Assembly: GCF_055900595.2 (NCBI RefSeq)
Contig: NZ_CM148325.1
Direction: 5' to 3' (one strand)
DNA: 64,000 nt
The notes below the pieces were generated by a model. The model made no database searches. It saw only the letters and a program-made list of their open reading frames with translations, and was not told the origin of the DNA. This document shows, piece after piece, positions 10,536 through 20,641 of this stretch (position 1 is its first letter; every line of letters begins with the position of its first letter). The position numbers were made by a program, and so were the translations under genes.

Positions 10536-11335
10536 TGCCACTGCTGGATAAGCTGCGTGAGCAGTACGGGGTCGGACCGGTATGCAGTGAACAGCATATT
10601 GCCCCGTCAACGTATTACCATTGTCAGCAGCAGCGGCATCATCCTGATAAACGCAGTGCCCGTTGTCAGCGCGATGACTGGCTGAAGAGAGAGATACAGC
10701 GCGTATACGATGAAAATCATCAGGTGTACGGTGTGCGTAAAGTCTGGCGTCAGTTGTTACGGGAAGGAATCAGGGTGGCCAGATGTACAGTGGCGCGCCT
10801 CATGGCGGTTATGGGACTTGCCGGTGTTCTCCGGGGTAAAAAGGTCCGCACTACCGTCAGCCGGAAAACCGTTGCTGCAGGTGACCGCGTAAACCGTCAG
10901 TTCGTGGCAGAACGTCCTGACCAGCTGTGGGTGGCTGATTTTACTTACGTCAGCACATGGCAGGGCTTCGTCTATGTGGCGTTCATCATTGATGTGTTTG
11001 CCGGATACATCGTGGGGTGGTGGGTCTCATCGTCTATGGAAACGACATTCGTGCTGGATGCGCTGGAGCAGGCGTTGTGGGCCCGCCGTCCGTCCGGCAC
11101 CATCCATCACAGCGATAAAGGCTCTCAGTATGTGTCACTGGCCTATATGGAGCGATTAAAAGAAGCAAAACTGCTGGCATCAACAGGGAGTACAGGCGAC
11201 TCGTATGACAACGCGATGGCGGAGAGCATCAATGGTCTTTACAAAGCGGAGGTAATACACCGTAAGAGCTGGAAAAACCGTGCAGAAGTGGAACTGGCCA
11301 CACTCACGTGGGTGGACTGGTATAACAATCGATGA
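10535..11335 (+). CDS. IS629 OrfB transposase, shortened by a premature stop (266 aa versus about 296)
   Basis: Ends ...TWVDWYNNR then TGA; the expected C-terminus (LLGRLGHTPPAEAEKAYYASIGN) is readable just after the stop. Confidence 0.8.
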   Translation: MPLLDKLREQYGVGPVCSEQHIAPSTYYHCQQQRHHPDKRSARCQRDDWLKREIQRVYDENHQVYGVRKVWRQLLREGIRVARCTVARLMAVMGLAGVLRGKKVRTTVSRKTVAAGDRVNRQFVAERPDQLWVADFTYVSTWQGFVYVAFIIDVFAGYIVGWWVSSSMETTFVLDALEQALWARRPSGTIHHSDKGSQYVSLAYMERLKEAKLLASTGSTGDSYDNAMAESINGLYKAEVIHRKSWKNRAEVELATLTWVDWYNNR

Positions 11336-11985
11336 TTGCTGGGAAGGCTGGGCCATACTCCTCCGGCAGAAGCAGAAAAAGCTTATTATGCTTCCATCGG
11401 AAACAATGATCTGGCAGCCTGAGTTCACAGATAAAACACTCTCCAGGAAACCCGGGGAGGTTCAGTAATATCTGATCGTAACGGACGGACGCTGGAATTA
11501 ACCGATGACCGCAGCACAGAGAGTAGGGGATGCGGACGGTCAAAGATCGTGGAGTTGGATTTTATAAATCTGTCTCCAGTAGTAGATGAACTGAATACAA
11601 AGTTGCCAGAGAGTGGTCTGTCAGGCAGGGAATCAGAAACCGGATATTATTGACTGGTACATTGTGTCGGGCTGTGTACGTTCTCCCCGGACAGACAGTC
11701 TCAGTTCGTAGAATCTATAAATTACTGCTACTGATGCTGCCGGGGAAAGGTGTAACGAAAAAGCAGCCTCCGTTACCGGACAGCAAGAAGGCTGAATGAA
11801 GTTTATGGCGTTTGTATTTTGTAATGTCTGGCCATGCAGTAAATCCAGACAGGTTTTTATTATCATGTGAAGTATTCTGACATAAAATACTAAATTTCTA
11901 TTTTGTGATGAATGCTGCAAAATTGAATCTGCACTCTGATGTAACTTTTATCTGTTTCAGTGAAGCATGCCCACAGATTGAGTTA

Positions 11986-12219
11986 TTAAGTTGTGGAAGA
12001 ACAGTTCTGCCCCGCCTGCTTCTCTCCTTTCAGAAGCCAGTATGTTGCCATGCCTCGCCTTAATGGAGAGCGCTGAACCACACCTTCTTTTTCCAGTAAT
12101 AACAGGTAATAGCGTGCCTGATAATCCGTTACCGCCAGCGCCTCCGCAATTTCTGCGGTTTTCCCTCCATTATGCCTGTTCAGAAATTCCAGTATTTCAT
12201 TCTTCATATATTCACTCAT
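11986..12219 (-). CDS. papI: Pap fimbrial phase-variation regulator PapI (77 aa)
   Basis: [46 protein letters not shown]... matches recalled PapI; divergent from papB. Confidence 0.85.
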   Translation of the reverse strand: MSEYMKNEILEFLNRHNGGKTAEIAEALAVTDYQARYYLLLLEKEGVVQRSPLRRGMATYWLLKGEKQAGQNCSSTT

Positions 12220-12399
12220 CTCACTGTAACAAAGTTTCTTCGAATAATAAAAATCATGCTCTCTGTTATCAACGGAAAGGTATTTTTATTCTCTGTGTTT
12301 GCTTTATTTGTGCAATTTAGTGAATTTGCTTTTTGTTGGCTTTATTTGATGTGTATCACATTTTGTGTGTTATTTTTCTGTGAAAAGAAAGTCCGTAAA

Positions 12400-12530
12400 A
12401 ATGCATTTAGACGATCTTTTATGCTGTAAATTCAATTCACCATGATGTTTTTATCTGAGTGTATTCTTGTTGTTAGAATTTTATTCTGGTTTAATTTTGT
12501 TTTGTGGGTTAAAAGATCGTTTAAATCAAT
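12400..12530. promoter_or_regulatory. pap phase-variation switch with two GATC sites 102 bp apart
   Basis: GATC at 12413-12416 (acgatctttta) and 12515-12518 (aaagatcgttta) in the papI-papB intergenic region; spacing matches the known Dam/Lrp switch. Confidence 0.75.
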
Positions 12531-12623
12531 ATTTACAACATAAAAAACTAAATTTAACTTATTGCGTGAAGAGTATTTCCGGGCCGGAAGCATATATCCA
12601 GGGGCCCGACAGAAGGGGGAAAC

Positions 12624-12937
12624 ATGGCGCATCATGAAGTCATCAGTCGGTCAGGAAATGCGTTTTTGCTGAATATACGCGAGAGCGTGCTGTTGCTCGG
12701 CTCTATGTCTGAAATGCATTTTTTTTACTGATAGGTATTTCTTCTATTCACAGTGACAGGGTCATTCTGGCTATGAAGGACTATCTGGTAGGTGGGCACT
12801 CCCGTAAGGAGGTCTGCGAGAAATACCAGATGAATAATGGGTATTTCAGTACAACACTGGGGAGACTTATACGGCTGAATGCTCTTGCAGCAAGGCTTGC
12901 ACCTTATTATACAGATGAGTCATCGGCATTTGACTAA
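12624..12937 (+). pseudogene. papB: papB, frameshifted in a poly-T tract
   Basis: Starts MAHHEVISRSGNAFLLNIRESVLL...SEMHFF then a stop after the T-run at 12719-12726; the downstream frame still encodes ...VILAMKDYLVGGHSRKEVCEKYQMNNGYFSTTLGRLIRLNALAARLAPYYTDESSAFD; length is 1 nt short of an intact frame. Confidence 0.8.
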
Positions 12938-13144
12938 ATTATGGCATTCCGGAGTTTCTGGAAGATAAAAAAAGAAGCCCTTGTCAGAAAGCAGACAGGT
13001 TATATCAGTATTCTGTCGATAAATAACCTGCCCTGAAAATACGAGAATATTATTTGTATTGATCTGGTTATTAAAGGTAATCGGGTCATTTTAAATTGCC
13101 AGATATCTCTGGTGTGTTCAGTAATGAAAAAGAGGTTGTTATTT

Positions 13145-13686
13145 ATGATTAAGTCGGTTATTGCCGGTGCGGTAGCTATGGCAGTGGTGTCTTTTGGTGT
13201 AAATGCTGCTCTAACTACTCCACAGGGGCAGGGTAGAGTAACCTTTAACGGAACTGTTGTTGATGCTCCATGCAGCATTTCTCAGAAATCAGCTGATCAG
13301 TCTATTGATTTTGGACAGCTTTCAAAAAGCTTCCTTCAAGCAGGAGGCGTATCCAAACCAATGAATTTAGATATTGAATTGGTTAATTGTGATATCACTT
13401 CATTTAAGGGGGGGGAGGAGTCTCGGCAGCAAAAAAAGGGACTGTGAAGCTGGCTTTTAGTGGTCCAAGGGTTTCTGGTCATAATGAGGAGTTAGATACC
13501 AGCGGGGGGACAGGTACTGCGATTGTAGTTCAGGCTGCAGGTAAAAACGTTTCTTTCGATGGCACAGAAGGTGATGCTAATACCCTGAAAGATGGTGATA
13601 ATGTGCTGCATTATACTGCGATTGTTAAGAAGTCGTCAGCCAATAATGCCCAAGTCACTGAGGGTGCTTTTTCTGCAGTCGCAACC
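13145..13686 (+). pseudogene. papA: papA major pilin, frameshifted and truncated near its 3' end by IS1
   Basis: Two track ORFs in different frames (13112..13447, 13444..13713) together read as PapA (MIKSVIAGAVAMAVVSFGVNAA...NVLHYTAIVKKSS...TEGAFSAVA); frame break near 13405-13440; coding sequence runs straight into the IS1 left end at 13687. Confidence 0.8.
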
Positions 13687-13741
13687 GGTGATGCTGCCAA
13701 CTTACTGATTTAGTGTATGATGGTGTTTTTGAGGTGCTCCA

Positions 13742-14017
13742 GTGGCTTCTGTTTCTATCAGCTGTCCCTCCTGTTCAGCTACTGACGGGGTGGTGCGTAA
13801 CGGCAAAAGCACCGCCGGACATCAGCGCTATCTCTGCTCTCACTGCCGTAAAACATGGCAACTGCAGTTCACTTACACCGCTTCTCAACCCGGTACGCAC
13901 CAGAAAATCATTGATATGGCCATGAATGGCGTTGGATGCCGGGCAACAGCCCGCATTATGGGCGTTGGCCTCAACACGATTTTACGTCACTTAAAAAACT
14001 CAGGCCGCAGTCGGTAA
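13742..14017 (+). CDS. insA: IS1 InsA
   Basis: 91 aa [30 protein letters not shown]... Confidence 0.9.
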
Positions 14018-14439
14018 CCTCGCGCATACAGCCGGGCAGTGACGTCATCGTCTGCGCGGAAATGGGCGAACAGTGGGGCTATGTCGGGGCTAAATCGCGC
14101 CAGCGCTGGCTGTTTTACGCGTATGACAGGCTCCGGAAGACGGTTGTTGCGCACGTATTCGGTGAACGCACGATGGCGACGCTGGGGCGTCTTATGAGCC
14201 TGCTGTCACCCTTTGACGTGGTGATATGGATGACGGATGGCTGGCCGCTGTATGAATCCCGCCTGAAGGGAAAGCTGCACGTAATCAGCAAGCGATATAC
14301 GCAGCGAATTGAGCGGCATAACCTGAATCTGAGGCAGCACCTGGCACGGCTGGGACGGAAGTCGCTGTCGTTCTCAAAATCGGTGGAGCTGCATGACAAA
14401 GTCATCGGGCATTATCTGAACATAAAACACTATCAATAA
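13936..14439 (+). CDS. insB: IS1 InsB (made as InsAB' by frameshift)
   Basis: 167-aa track ORF overlapping insA in the -1 frame. Confidence 0.9.
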
Positions 14440-14710
14440 GTTGGAGTCATTACCTACAACGTTTATCGACCTCACACGAACAACGATGGTTTACCGCCTT
14501 GCTTACATGAAGAAAAGTGGAAACAGGTTATTCCGGTGTCCTGATTTTGTGAACCACTACAATAATCCTTTTTCACAGACTTGTCAGCAGCCAGCATTTA
14601 TGTTCTTTTACCTGCGGGAATTTATCCGTCTGCCTGTCGGGACTACTCTGTCATACAGAAATCAGGTAGGAATAAATTGTAGTGGAAAGTCGATGTTTAC
14701 CGGATGACTG

Positions 14711-15262
14711 ATGCGCGCTTGTACACAGACAGTGTGTTTCAGTAATATGGAGAATAATGAAATGAATAACACAGACACATTAGAAAAAATAATCAGACAC
14801 CAAAAAAACAAAGACCCCGCATATCCCTTTCGGGAACATTTGTTGATGCAGCTCTGTATTCGCACAAATAAAAGAATGCAGGATAATATATCTGAATTTC
14901 TGGGGGTGTATGGAATAAATCACTCAGCATATATGGTTCTCACCACATTATTCGCAGCGGAGAACCATTGTCTGTCACCTTCAGAGATAAGCCAGAAACT
15001 TCAGTTTACCAGAACTAATATTACCCGCATTACAGATTTTTTAGAAAAAGCCGGATATGTAAAAAGGACGGATAGCAGGGAGGATCGCCGTGCTAAAAAA
15101 ATCAGTCTGACATCTGAAGGTATGTTTTTTATTCAGAGGCTCACTCTTGCACAAAGCATGTATCTGAAAGAAATCTGGGATTATCTGACCCATGATGAAC
15201 AGGAACTGTTTGAAGTCATTAATAAAAAGTTACTGGCACATTTTTCTGATGCCAGCTCATAA
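14711..15262 (+). CDS. papX: MarR-family regulator PapX/SfaX-like (183 aa by track; start may be the internal MENNEMNN)
   Basis: MarR-type wHTH; sequence ...TDTLEKIIRHQKNKDPAYPFREHLLMQLCIRTNKR... matches recalled PapX; sits where the 3' end of a pap operon would be. Confidence 0.75.
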   Translation: MRACTQTVCFSNMENNEMNNTDTLEKIIRHQKNKDPAYPFREHLLMQLCIRTNKRMQDNISEFLGVYGINHSAYMVLTTLFAAENHCLSPSEISQKLQFTRTNITRITDFLEKAGYVKRTDSREDRRAKKISLTSEGMFFIQRLTLAQSMYLKEIWDYLTHDEQELFEVINKKLLAHFSDASS

Positions 15263-15728
15263 AGTGCGAAATATCTGAGGATGCTGGATAGCTTCAGGCA
15301 AGAGAATAATGATTCTTGCAGATGTGTTTTTCCGGATACAAAAACAAAAGTAAAAAATTGCAGCGCCAGGCCACCTTTCAAAGCAGGGAGGCCTGTACCG
15401 CGTCGAAAATTTCAGCCAGTTAATGTAATTGTCTGAACCAGGCACTTCGCCCGGGCAGGAGAAGGAGCGTGGTTGCGGTCATCCTGTATACTGAAGTCGT
15501 TATGAAGGAATAATACAAATAATTGCCCGTTTTCTCTGTACGATAGAGGCAGGTGTGTATGATTGCATTACTATGTTTTTGTGATATAAAAAACTAAATG
15601 GTGAGATATGCATTTTAAAATATAACAAAAATCACCATGAAATAAGAATAATTATCCACGGAGAACATAAACTGCAGACTGTTACAATGCATGCTGTTCA
15701 TCTTGACAATGTCGGTAATGACTCCAAC

Positions 15729-16232
15729 TTATTGATAGTGTTTTATGTTCAGATAATGCCCGATGACTTTGTCATGCAGCTCCACCGATTTTGAGAACGA
15801 CAGCGACTTCCGTCCCAGCCGTGCCAGGTGCTGCCTCAGATTCAGGTTATGCCGCTCAATTCGCTGCGTATATCGCTTGCTGATTACGTGCAGCTTTCCC
15901 TTCAGGCGGGATTCATACAGCGGCCAGCCATCCGTCATCCATATCACCACGTCAAAGGGTGACAGCAGGCTCATAAGACGCCCCAGCGTCGCCATCGTGC
16001 GTTCACCGAATACGTGCGCAACAACCGTCTTCCGGAGCCTGTCATACGCGTAAAACAGCCAGCGCTGGCGCGATTTAGCCCCGACATAGCCCCACTGTTC
16101 GCCCATTTCCGCGCAGACGATGACGTCACTGCCCGGCTGTATGCGCGAGGTTACCGACTGCGGCCTGAGTTTTTTAAGTGACGTAAAATCGTGTTGAGGC
16201 CAACGCCCATAATGCGGGCTGTTGCCCGGCAT
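15729..16232 (-). CDS. insB: IS1 InsB (copy B)
   Basis: Identical to copy A InsB. Confidence 0.9.
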
Positions 16233-16426
16233 CCAACGCCATTCATGGCCATATCAATGATTTTCTGGTGCGTACCGGGTTGAGAAGCGGTGTAAGTGAA
16301 CTGCAGTTGCCATGTTTTACGGCAGTGAGAGCAGAGATAGCGCTGATGTCCGGCGGTGCTTTTGCCGTTACGCACCACCCCGTCAGTAGCTGAACAGGAG
16401 GGACAGCTGATAGAAACAGAAGCCAC
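16151..16426 (-). CDS. insA: IS1 InsA (copy B)
   Basis: Identical to copy A InsA. Confidence 0.9.
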
Positions 16427-16955
16427 TGGAGCACCTCAAAAACACCATCATACACTAAATCAGTAAGTTGGCAGCATCACCCAATCTGCTGACAGACGAA
16501 GATAATGAACCCGTTATGGTTTTTAACGGAGAGAGGAATGTACTGGCAGACAGTCTGAAACCACAGCCTCTGATTCTTCCGGTCAAGGGAAAATAAGCGT
16601 AATGTTCATCACCAGATTATGTACGATGAGTTTTCCACTGTTTATAGCAATTATCTTGCTAATAACCAGACAGGAGTAACCAGACCAACCGAAAACACCG
16701 GGAAGGTGATTACCCGCTGGCAGAGGAAATCCGGTTTTTTTTGATGTCAGCCATAACGTGTTTGACAATAAAGCATCATGAAAGGGTGTTAATGAGTCCA
16801 TGGGATAATTCATAAAAATAATTTACTGTGTTATCCTTTTCAAAAGAAATATTCAGAAGATAACCCCTGGCTGACAACCAGGGGAAGGGGGCATTAACAG
16901 TGTTATTATTGGTGAATAAATTATTACTTGTGTGCAGGATACACTAATGCAATAT

Positions 16956-18029
16956 CTACTGATACTGTATGCCAGTATGTTTCATGCCTGCCGCTGAAAA
17001 CGGCAATATCCAGGGCCAGATATATTCACCATTCATATTTCTGCATTTCTGTACAATTTTCTCAGAAAGCGTCTCATCAATTCTTTCACGCAACTTCTCC
17101 TGCTGTCTTAAAATACTTTCGCATATTTCGAAATCATCTTCCTGCATCAGCATTTCGGCGCATTTAATGATTTCTGCCCGTTCATGCAGCACAGAGGAAT
17201 GATTATAGAGCCAGTTTACAAACAGCAATGCTTCCGGATATTGCCCCCATAACGGGTGGTATGTGGCATAATAATCTTCGGCAGTATCCGGACCGCCTGA
17301 AAAGTTATGCCATACAGCAAGTGGAAATGGATGCAGATTTCCGCACAGTATTTCTGCGATGTAAGTATTTGCCGCAAAGCCGCGACGAAATGCAGTTGCA
17401 GCTTTTACCAGTTCCCCATTAAGAAAATGCAGAAGGCCGAGTTCATACCAGTAAGGTGAAAATTCATCTGCATGTTCCTGCAGTATATGGCGTGCCTGTT
17501 CATGAGCGCCAGTGCGTAACAGTTCCGGTCCCAGTAGCCAGCGTGCACCATGATTATCTTCGGGATTGTAATCCAGTATTTTTTCAATGAGCATGATGGC
17601 ATCCTGATGACGCTGTAAATGTGCATTTGCCAGGATTGCCGCATAGAGGGCACGAAGAAAAGGTCGGTTGTCAGGATGTATCCAGATGATTCTGCCACTG
17701 AAACCTTCAGGGATAAGACGATTGCCAATTGCCAGCCCTTTAAGGGCAGCATTCAGCGCCTTACGCGGGGCATTCTGCTCCAGAAATACGTATGCCAAGT
17801 GAGCGTGTACATCAATAAAGTCATTCTCCTGTCGGGCAAGGCGCCTGAGTTTGTTGATGTAACTTGTTTCGCTGATTTCATCCGCATCGTATGCATCAAT
17901 CAGTTCTTCAAACTCATCCAGCAACGAGCCAAACCAGGTTTCCGGAAATATGAAACAGCCCTGGTTATCGTTCACTTCAAAGCGTAATTTGCCAGTCATA
18001 TTCTGAACCTGTAAAAAAGGATGGACCAT
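16956..18029 (-). CDS. Hypothetical protein with TPR-like helical repeats (357 aa by track; alternative start at 17999)
   Basis: Long ORF with repeated amphipathic helix pairs (...ALNAALKGLAIGNRL..., ...LRALYAAILANAHLQRHQDAIMLIEKILDYNPED...); I do not recognise the family. Confidence 0.6.
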   Translation of the reverse strand: MVHPFLQVQNMTGKLRFEVNDNQGCFIFPETWFGSLLDEFEELIDAYDADEISETSYINKLRRLARQENDFIDVHAHLAYVFLEQNAPRKALNAALKGLAIGNRLIPEGFSGRIIWIHPDNRPFLRALYAAILANAHLQRHQDAIMLIEKILDYNPEDNHGARWLLGPELLRTGAHEQARHILQEHADEFSPYWYELGLLHFLNGELVKAATAFRRGFAANTYIAEILCGNLHPFPLAVWHNFSGGPDTAEDYYATYHPLWGQYPEALLFVNWLYNHSSVLHERAEIIKCAEMLMQEDDFEICESILRQQEKLRERIDETLSEKIVQKCRNMNGEYIWPWILPFSAAGMKHTGIQYQ

Positions 18030-18254
18030 AACCTGCAGGCTATAAAAATTGTGATGCCTGGCATCGGTGTCCTTTTATTGTCCGGGATTAACGTTGCCCA
18101 TGATAATACAGTGAATTCTGTTCTGTGGTAAGACGTTGAGTTATTGAATGAGAACCTCAGCCTGGCTGATGGTTCCGCCGGCATAAAAAAGAAATTGATT
18201 GAGGCGGGTGCTCTTCCCCTTAAGAGGAAGAGCATGTGTGTAAATGGCGTTCAG

Positions 18255-19520
18255 TCACCTTTTCAGTGGATTGTTAACTTTTGCATATTCAAACGGACTG
18301 ATACACTCCTCCCTGTTTGCATCCAGAAAATCTGCCCACCATTGCAGCATAAGCCGACGTTCTTCCAGATGTTCTGCTTTATGAATATACGCGGCACGTA
18401 CTCCGTTGCGCTCCTGATGACTCATCTGACGTTCAACCGCATCTCTTGACCATAAGCCGGATTCAATCAATGCACTGCACGCCATCGCCCGGAATCCATG
18501 GCCACAGACTTCCTTGGTTGTGTCATACCCCATCACTCTGAGGGCCTTATTTACGGTATTTTCACTGATTGGTTTACGTGGGTCGTGTGCTCCCGTAAAG
18601 ATCAGACCATTTTCACCTGCCCATGTCTGAAGTTCTGCCAGTATGGCTACAGCCTGTTGGCTGAGTGGCACAAGATGTGGTGTTCGCATCTTGGAGCCCC
18701 GGTATGAAAATTTTACGCCTGGCAGAGGTTCGCGTTCGGCTGGAATAGTCCACATGGCATTGTCAATATCAATTTCAGACCAGCGGGCATATCTGAGTTC
18801 ACTGGAACGAATAAAAACCAGTAAATTCAGCATAACTGCCAGTCGGGTGACAGGCTGGCCTTTATAACCGTCAATACGCGACAGAAGTTCAGGCAGGCGT
18901 GAAAGATCCAGAGCAGGGCGATGCTGGCGTTTTACCGTGGTCAATGCACCAGCCATATCCAGAGCCGGGTTATATCTGATGATGCCAGACTGTACGGCAT
19001 AACGCATTACAGCAGATATTCTTTGCTGCAGACGACTGGCGATTTCATAAATTTGTTTAACTTCTGCAGCACGAACAGGGATAAGCAGATCCGGGGTACT
19101 GAGTGTTGTGATATCCCGGTTGCCGATAAAGGGGAAAACGTGAGTCTCGAGGCTTTTGAGTACTTTATCGCTGTGTGATTGTGCCCATTGTTTATTACTG
19201 GCATGCCAGCGTCGTGCAATATGTTCAAAAGAGAGCTGTAAATCAGGGACTACTTTTTTAGCTCTTTTCTGTTCGCAAGGGTCAACCCCCTCCGAAATCA
19301 GTTTTCGGGCCTCATCCCGTTTTGTACGAGCTTCGGAGAGAGAAACTTCCGGATACACACCAAGTGCCAGGGTTTTCTCCTTACCCAGAATACGATAACG
19401 GAGACGCCAGTAACGGGAACCATTAGGATGTACCAGCAGGAACATGCCAGCCCCGTCAGTGAGTTTATAAGCCTTGTCAGTGGGCTTTGCAGCCCGGATT
19501 TTTGCGTCAGTCAGTGCCAT
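18255..19520 (-). CDS. P4-family tyrosine integrase (421 aa)
   Basis: N-terminus MALTDAKIRAAKPTDKAYKLTDGAGMFLLVHPNGSRYWRLRYRILGKEK typical of P4/CP4-type integrases; C-terminal catalytic region present. Confidence 0.9.
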   Translation of the reverse strand: MALTDAKIRAAKPTDKAYKLTDGAGMFLLVHPNGSRYWRLRYRILGKEKTLALGVYPEVSLSEARTKRDEARKLISEGVDPCEQKRAKKVVPDLQLSFEHIARRWHASNKQWAQSHSDKVLKSLETHVFPFIGNRDITTLSTPDLLIPVRAAEVKQIYEIASRLQQRISAVMRYAVQSGIIRYNPALDMAGALTTVKRQHRPALDLSRLPELLSRIDGYKGQPVTRLAVMLNLLVFIRSSELRYARWSEIDIDNAMWTIPAEREPLPGVKFSYRGSKMRTPHLVPLSQQAVAILAELQTWAGENGLIFTGAHDPRKPISENTVNKALRVMGYDTTKEVCGHGFRAMACSALIESGLWSRDAVERQMSHQERNGVRAAYIHKAEHLEERRLMLQWWADFLDANREECISPFEYAKVNNPLKR

Positions 19521-19680
19521 AGTTCAGCCTTCTGAATGCGTTAAAGAGGGTACAAATTCTGTCGAACTGGGGTATACCCGCAATTATACCCACACAATGG
19601 GGTTGATGTGGGGGGAATCTGGTTGAGTTCGGTAGAATTGATTTGGAGGCAGAACGCTTAAATTGTGGCGTTCTGAAACG

Positions 19681-19708
19681 AAAAACGGACCTCCGTGGAG
19701 GTCCGTTT
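19681..19708. terminator. Strong hairpin terminator between the tRNA-Phe remnant and the integrase
   Basis: aaaaacggacctcc gtgg aggtccgttt: 11-12 bp perfect stem with T-runs on both sides. Confidence 0.6.
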
Positions 19709-19717
19709 ATATGAATT

Positions 19718-19736
19718 TGGTGCCCGGACTCGGAAT
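19718..19736 (-). repeat. 19-bp copy of the tRNA-Phe 3' end (attachment-site core repeat); no full tRNA
   Basis: Minus strand reads ATTCCGAGTCCGGGCACCA, identical to the 3' end of tRNA-Phe (pheV/pheU, recalled); upstream sequence does not continue as tRNA. Confidence 0.6.
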
Positions 19737-19983
19737 GAAACTGGTTATATAACCAATTGTTTTGTATCGACTGTTTTGTCTTTGTTCTTTTTGGGGCCAC
19801 CAATGAGGCCCCCATGTGCAATTCGAATTCTTTTGACGCTATAATCCCTCTTTTTTGTGCTTTGTTGTAATCATTTTGTCTGGTTCGATATGCTGAATCG
19901 CGGAATCGAAGTAACAACAAAATACAGAGATTTATAAAATACCTGGCTACCTGTGTTAGGGAGCGTTAACGCACAGATTTTGT

Positions 19984-20310
19984 TTATGGCTGCCAGAAAT
20001 GATCTGATGGTTTGTCGTCTGGCTCTGCAAGTACCCTGTTGATATCCCGGGAACCATGAACGATACGTTCGATACGAACTTCAGTATCCAGTACCCTGAA
20101 CAGCAGAAGGTAACGACCATACGAACAACCTCTGATCCCTGCCCCTAACTCGGGTCTTTCTCTGTAGAGTACTGGCGATTCGGCTATCAACAGACATTGT
20201 TGGTAAAGCTCTTCGGTAAAACTGATTGCACGGACAGGATTATCCTGAGCGATCCAGTCACCTATAGCTTCAAGATCGTGTTCTGCTAATGGTGAAACAG
20301 TCAGTTTCAT
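19984..20310 (-). CDS. ParE/RelE-superfamily toxin (108 aa)
   Basis: Small basic protein immediately downstream of, and overlapping by 4 bp, a ParD-like antitoxin gene; ParE-like sequence by recall. Confidence 0.75.
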   Translation of the reverse strand: MKLTVSPLAEHDLEAIGDWIAQDNPVRAISFTEELYQQCLLIAESPVLYRERPELGAGIRGCSYGRYLLLFRVLDTEVRIERIVHGSRDINRVLAEPDDKPSDHFWQP

Positions 20311-20570
20311 ATTGGCTGTTCACCTTCTGCCATCTTTTTGTATTTGTGCGTCAGTCGCCCGAATACCTCTTCAGCACTTTTACTTTCACCGCTGTTGATG
20401 CCTGCGGTAACGGCGCTCTGGAGTGATTCAAGCTTTATCTGCTGTTCCCGTTCTTCCAGAGCACGAAGTCCGGCACGAATGACTTCACTTGTATTGTTAT
20501 ACCGACCACTTTCTATTTGTTCGCGGATAAACGTTTCAAAGTAAGGACTGAGGGATACACTGGTAGGCAT
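20307..20570 (-). CDS. ParD-family antitoxin (87 aa, RHH fold)
   Basis: MPTSVSLSPYFETFIREQIESGRYNNTSEVIRAGLRALEEREQQ is a typical ParD N-terminus. Confidence 0.75.
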   Translation of the reverse strand: MPTSVSLSPYFETFIREQIESGRYNNTSEVIRAGLRALEEREQQIKLESLQSAVTAGINSGESKSAEEVFGRLTHKYKKMAEGEQPI

Positions 20571-20641
20571 GGTGATTTTCTCGCCGATTGATTACTATCA
20601 ATTAATAATAGTTAATATTCGCGAATTGTAAAATACCTCTT

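Larger units (their letters stand above)
10154..11463 (+). mobile_element. IS629-like IS3-family element (1310 bp)
   Basis: Termini tgaaccgccccgggaatcctggagactaaa...ccggggaggttca; OrfA/OrfB with overlapping frames. Confidence 0.9.
13687..14454 (+). mobile_element. IS1 copy A (768 bp)
   Basis: Termini ggtgatgctgccaacttactgat...aataagttggagtcattacc; no 9-bp target duplication (gtcgcaacc versus tacaacgtt). Confidence 0.95.
15714..16481 (-). mobile_element. IS1 copy B (768 bp), inverted relative to copy A
   Basis: Identical InsA/InsB proteins on the minus strand (16151..16426, 15729..16232); termini ggtaatgactccaac...atcagtaagttggcagcatcacc; no target duplication. Confidence 0.95.

Noticed and set aside
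14441-14707. 88-aa ORF starting inside the IS1 right end and running to just before papX
   Set aside because: It is a chimeric frame spanning the IS1 terminus; the non-IS part may be the 3' end of a deleted pap gene but I cannot confirm it from memory.
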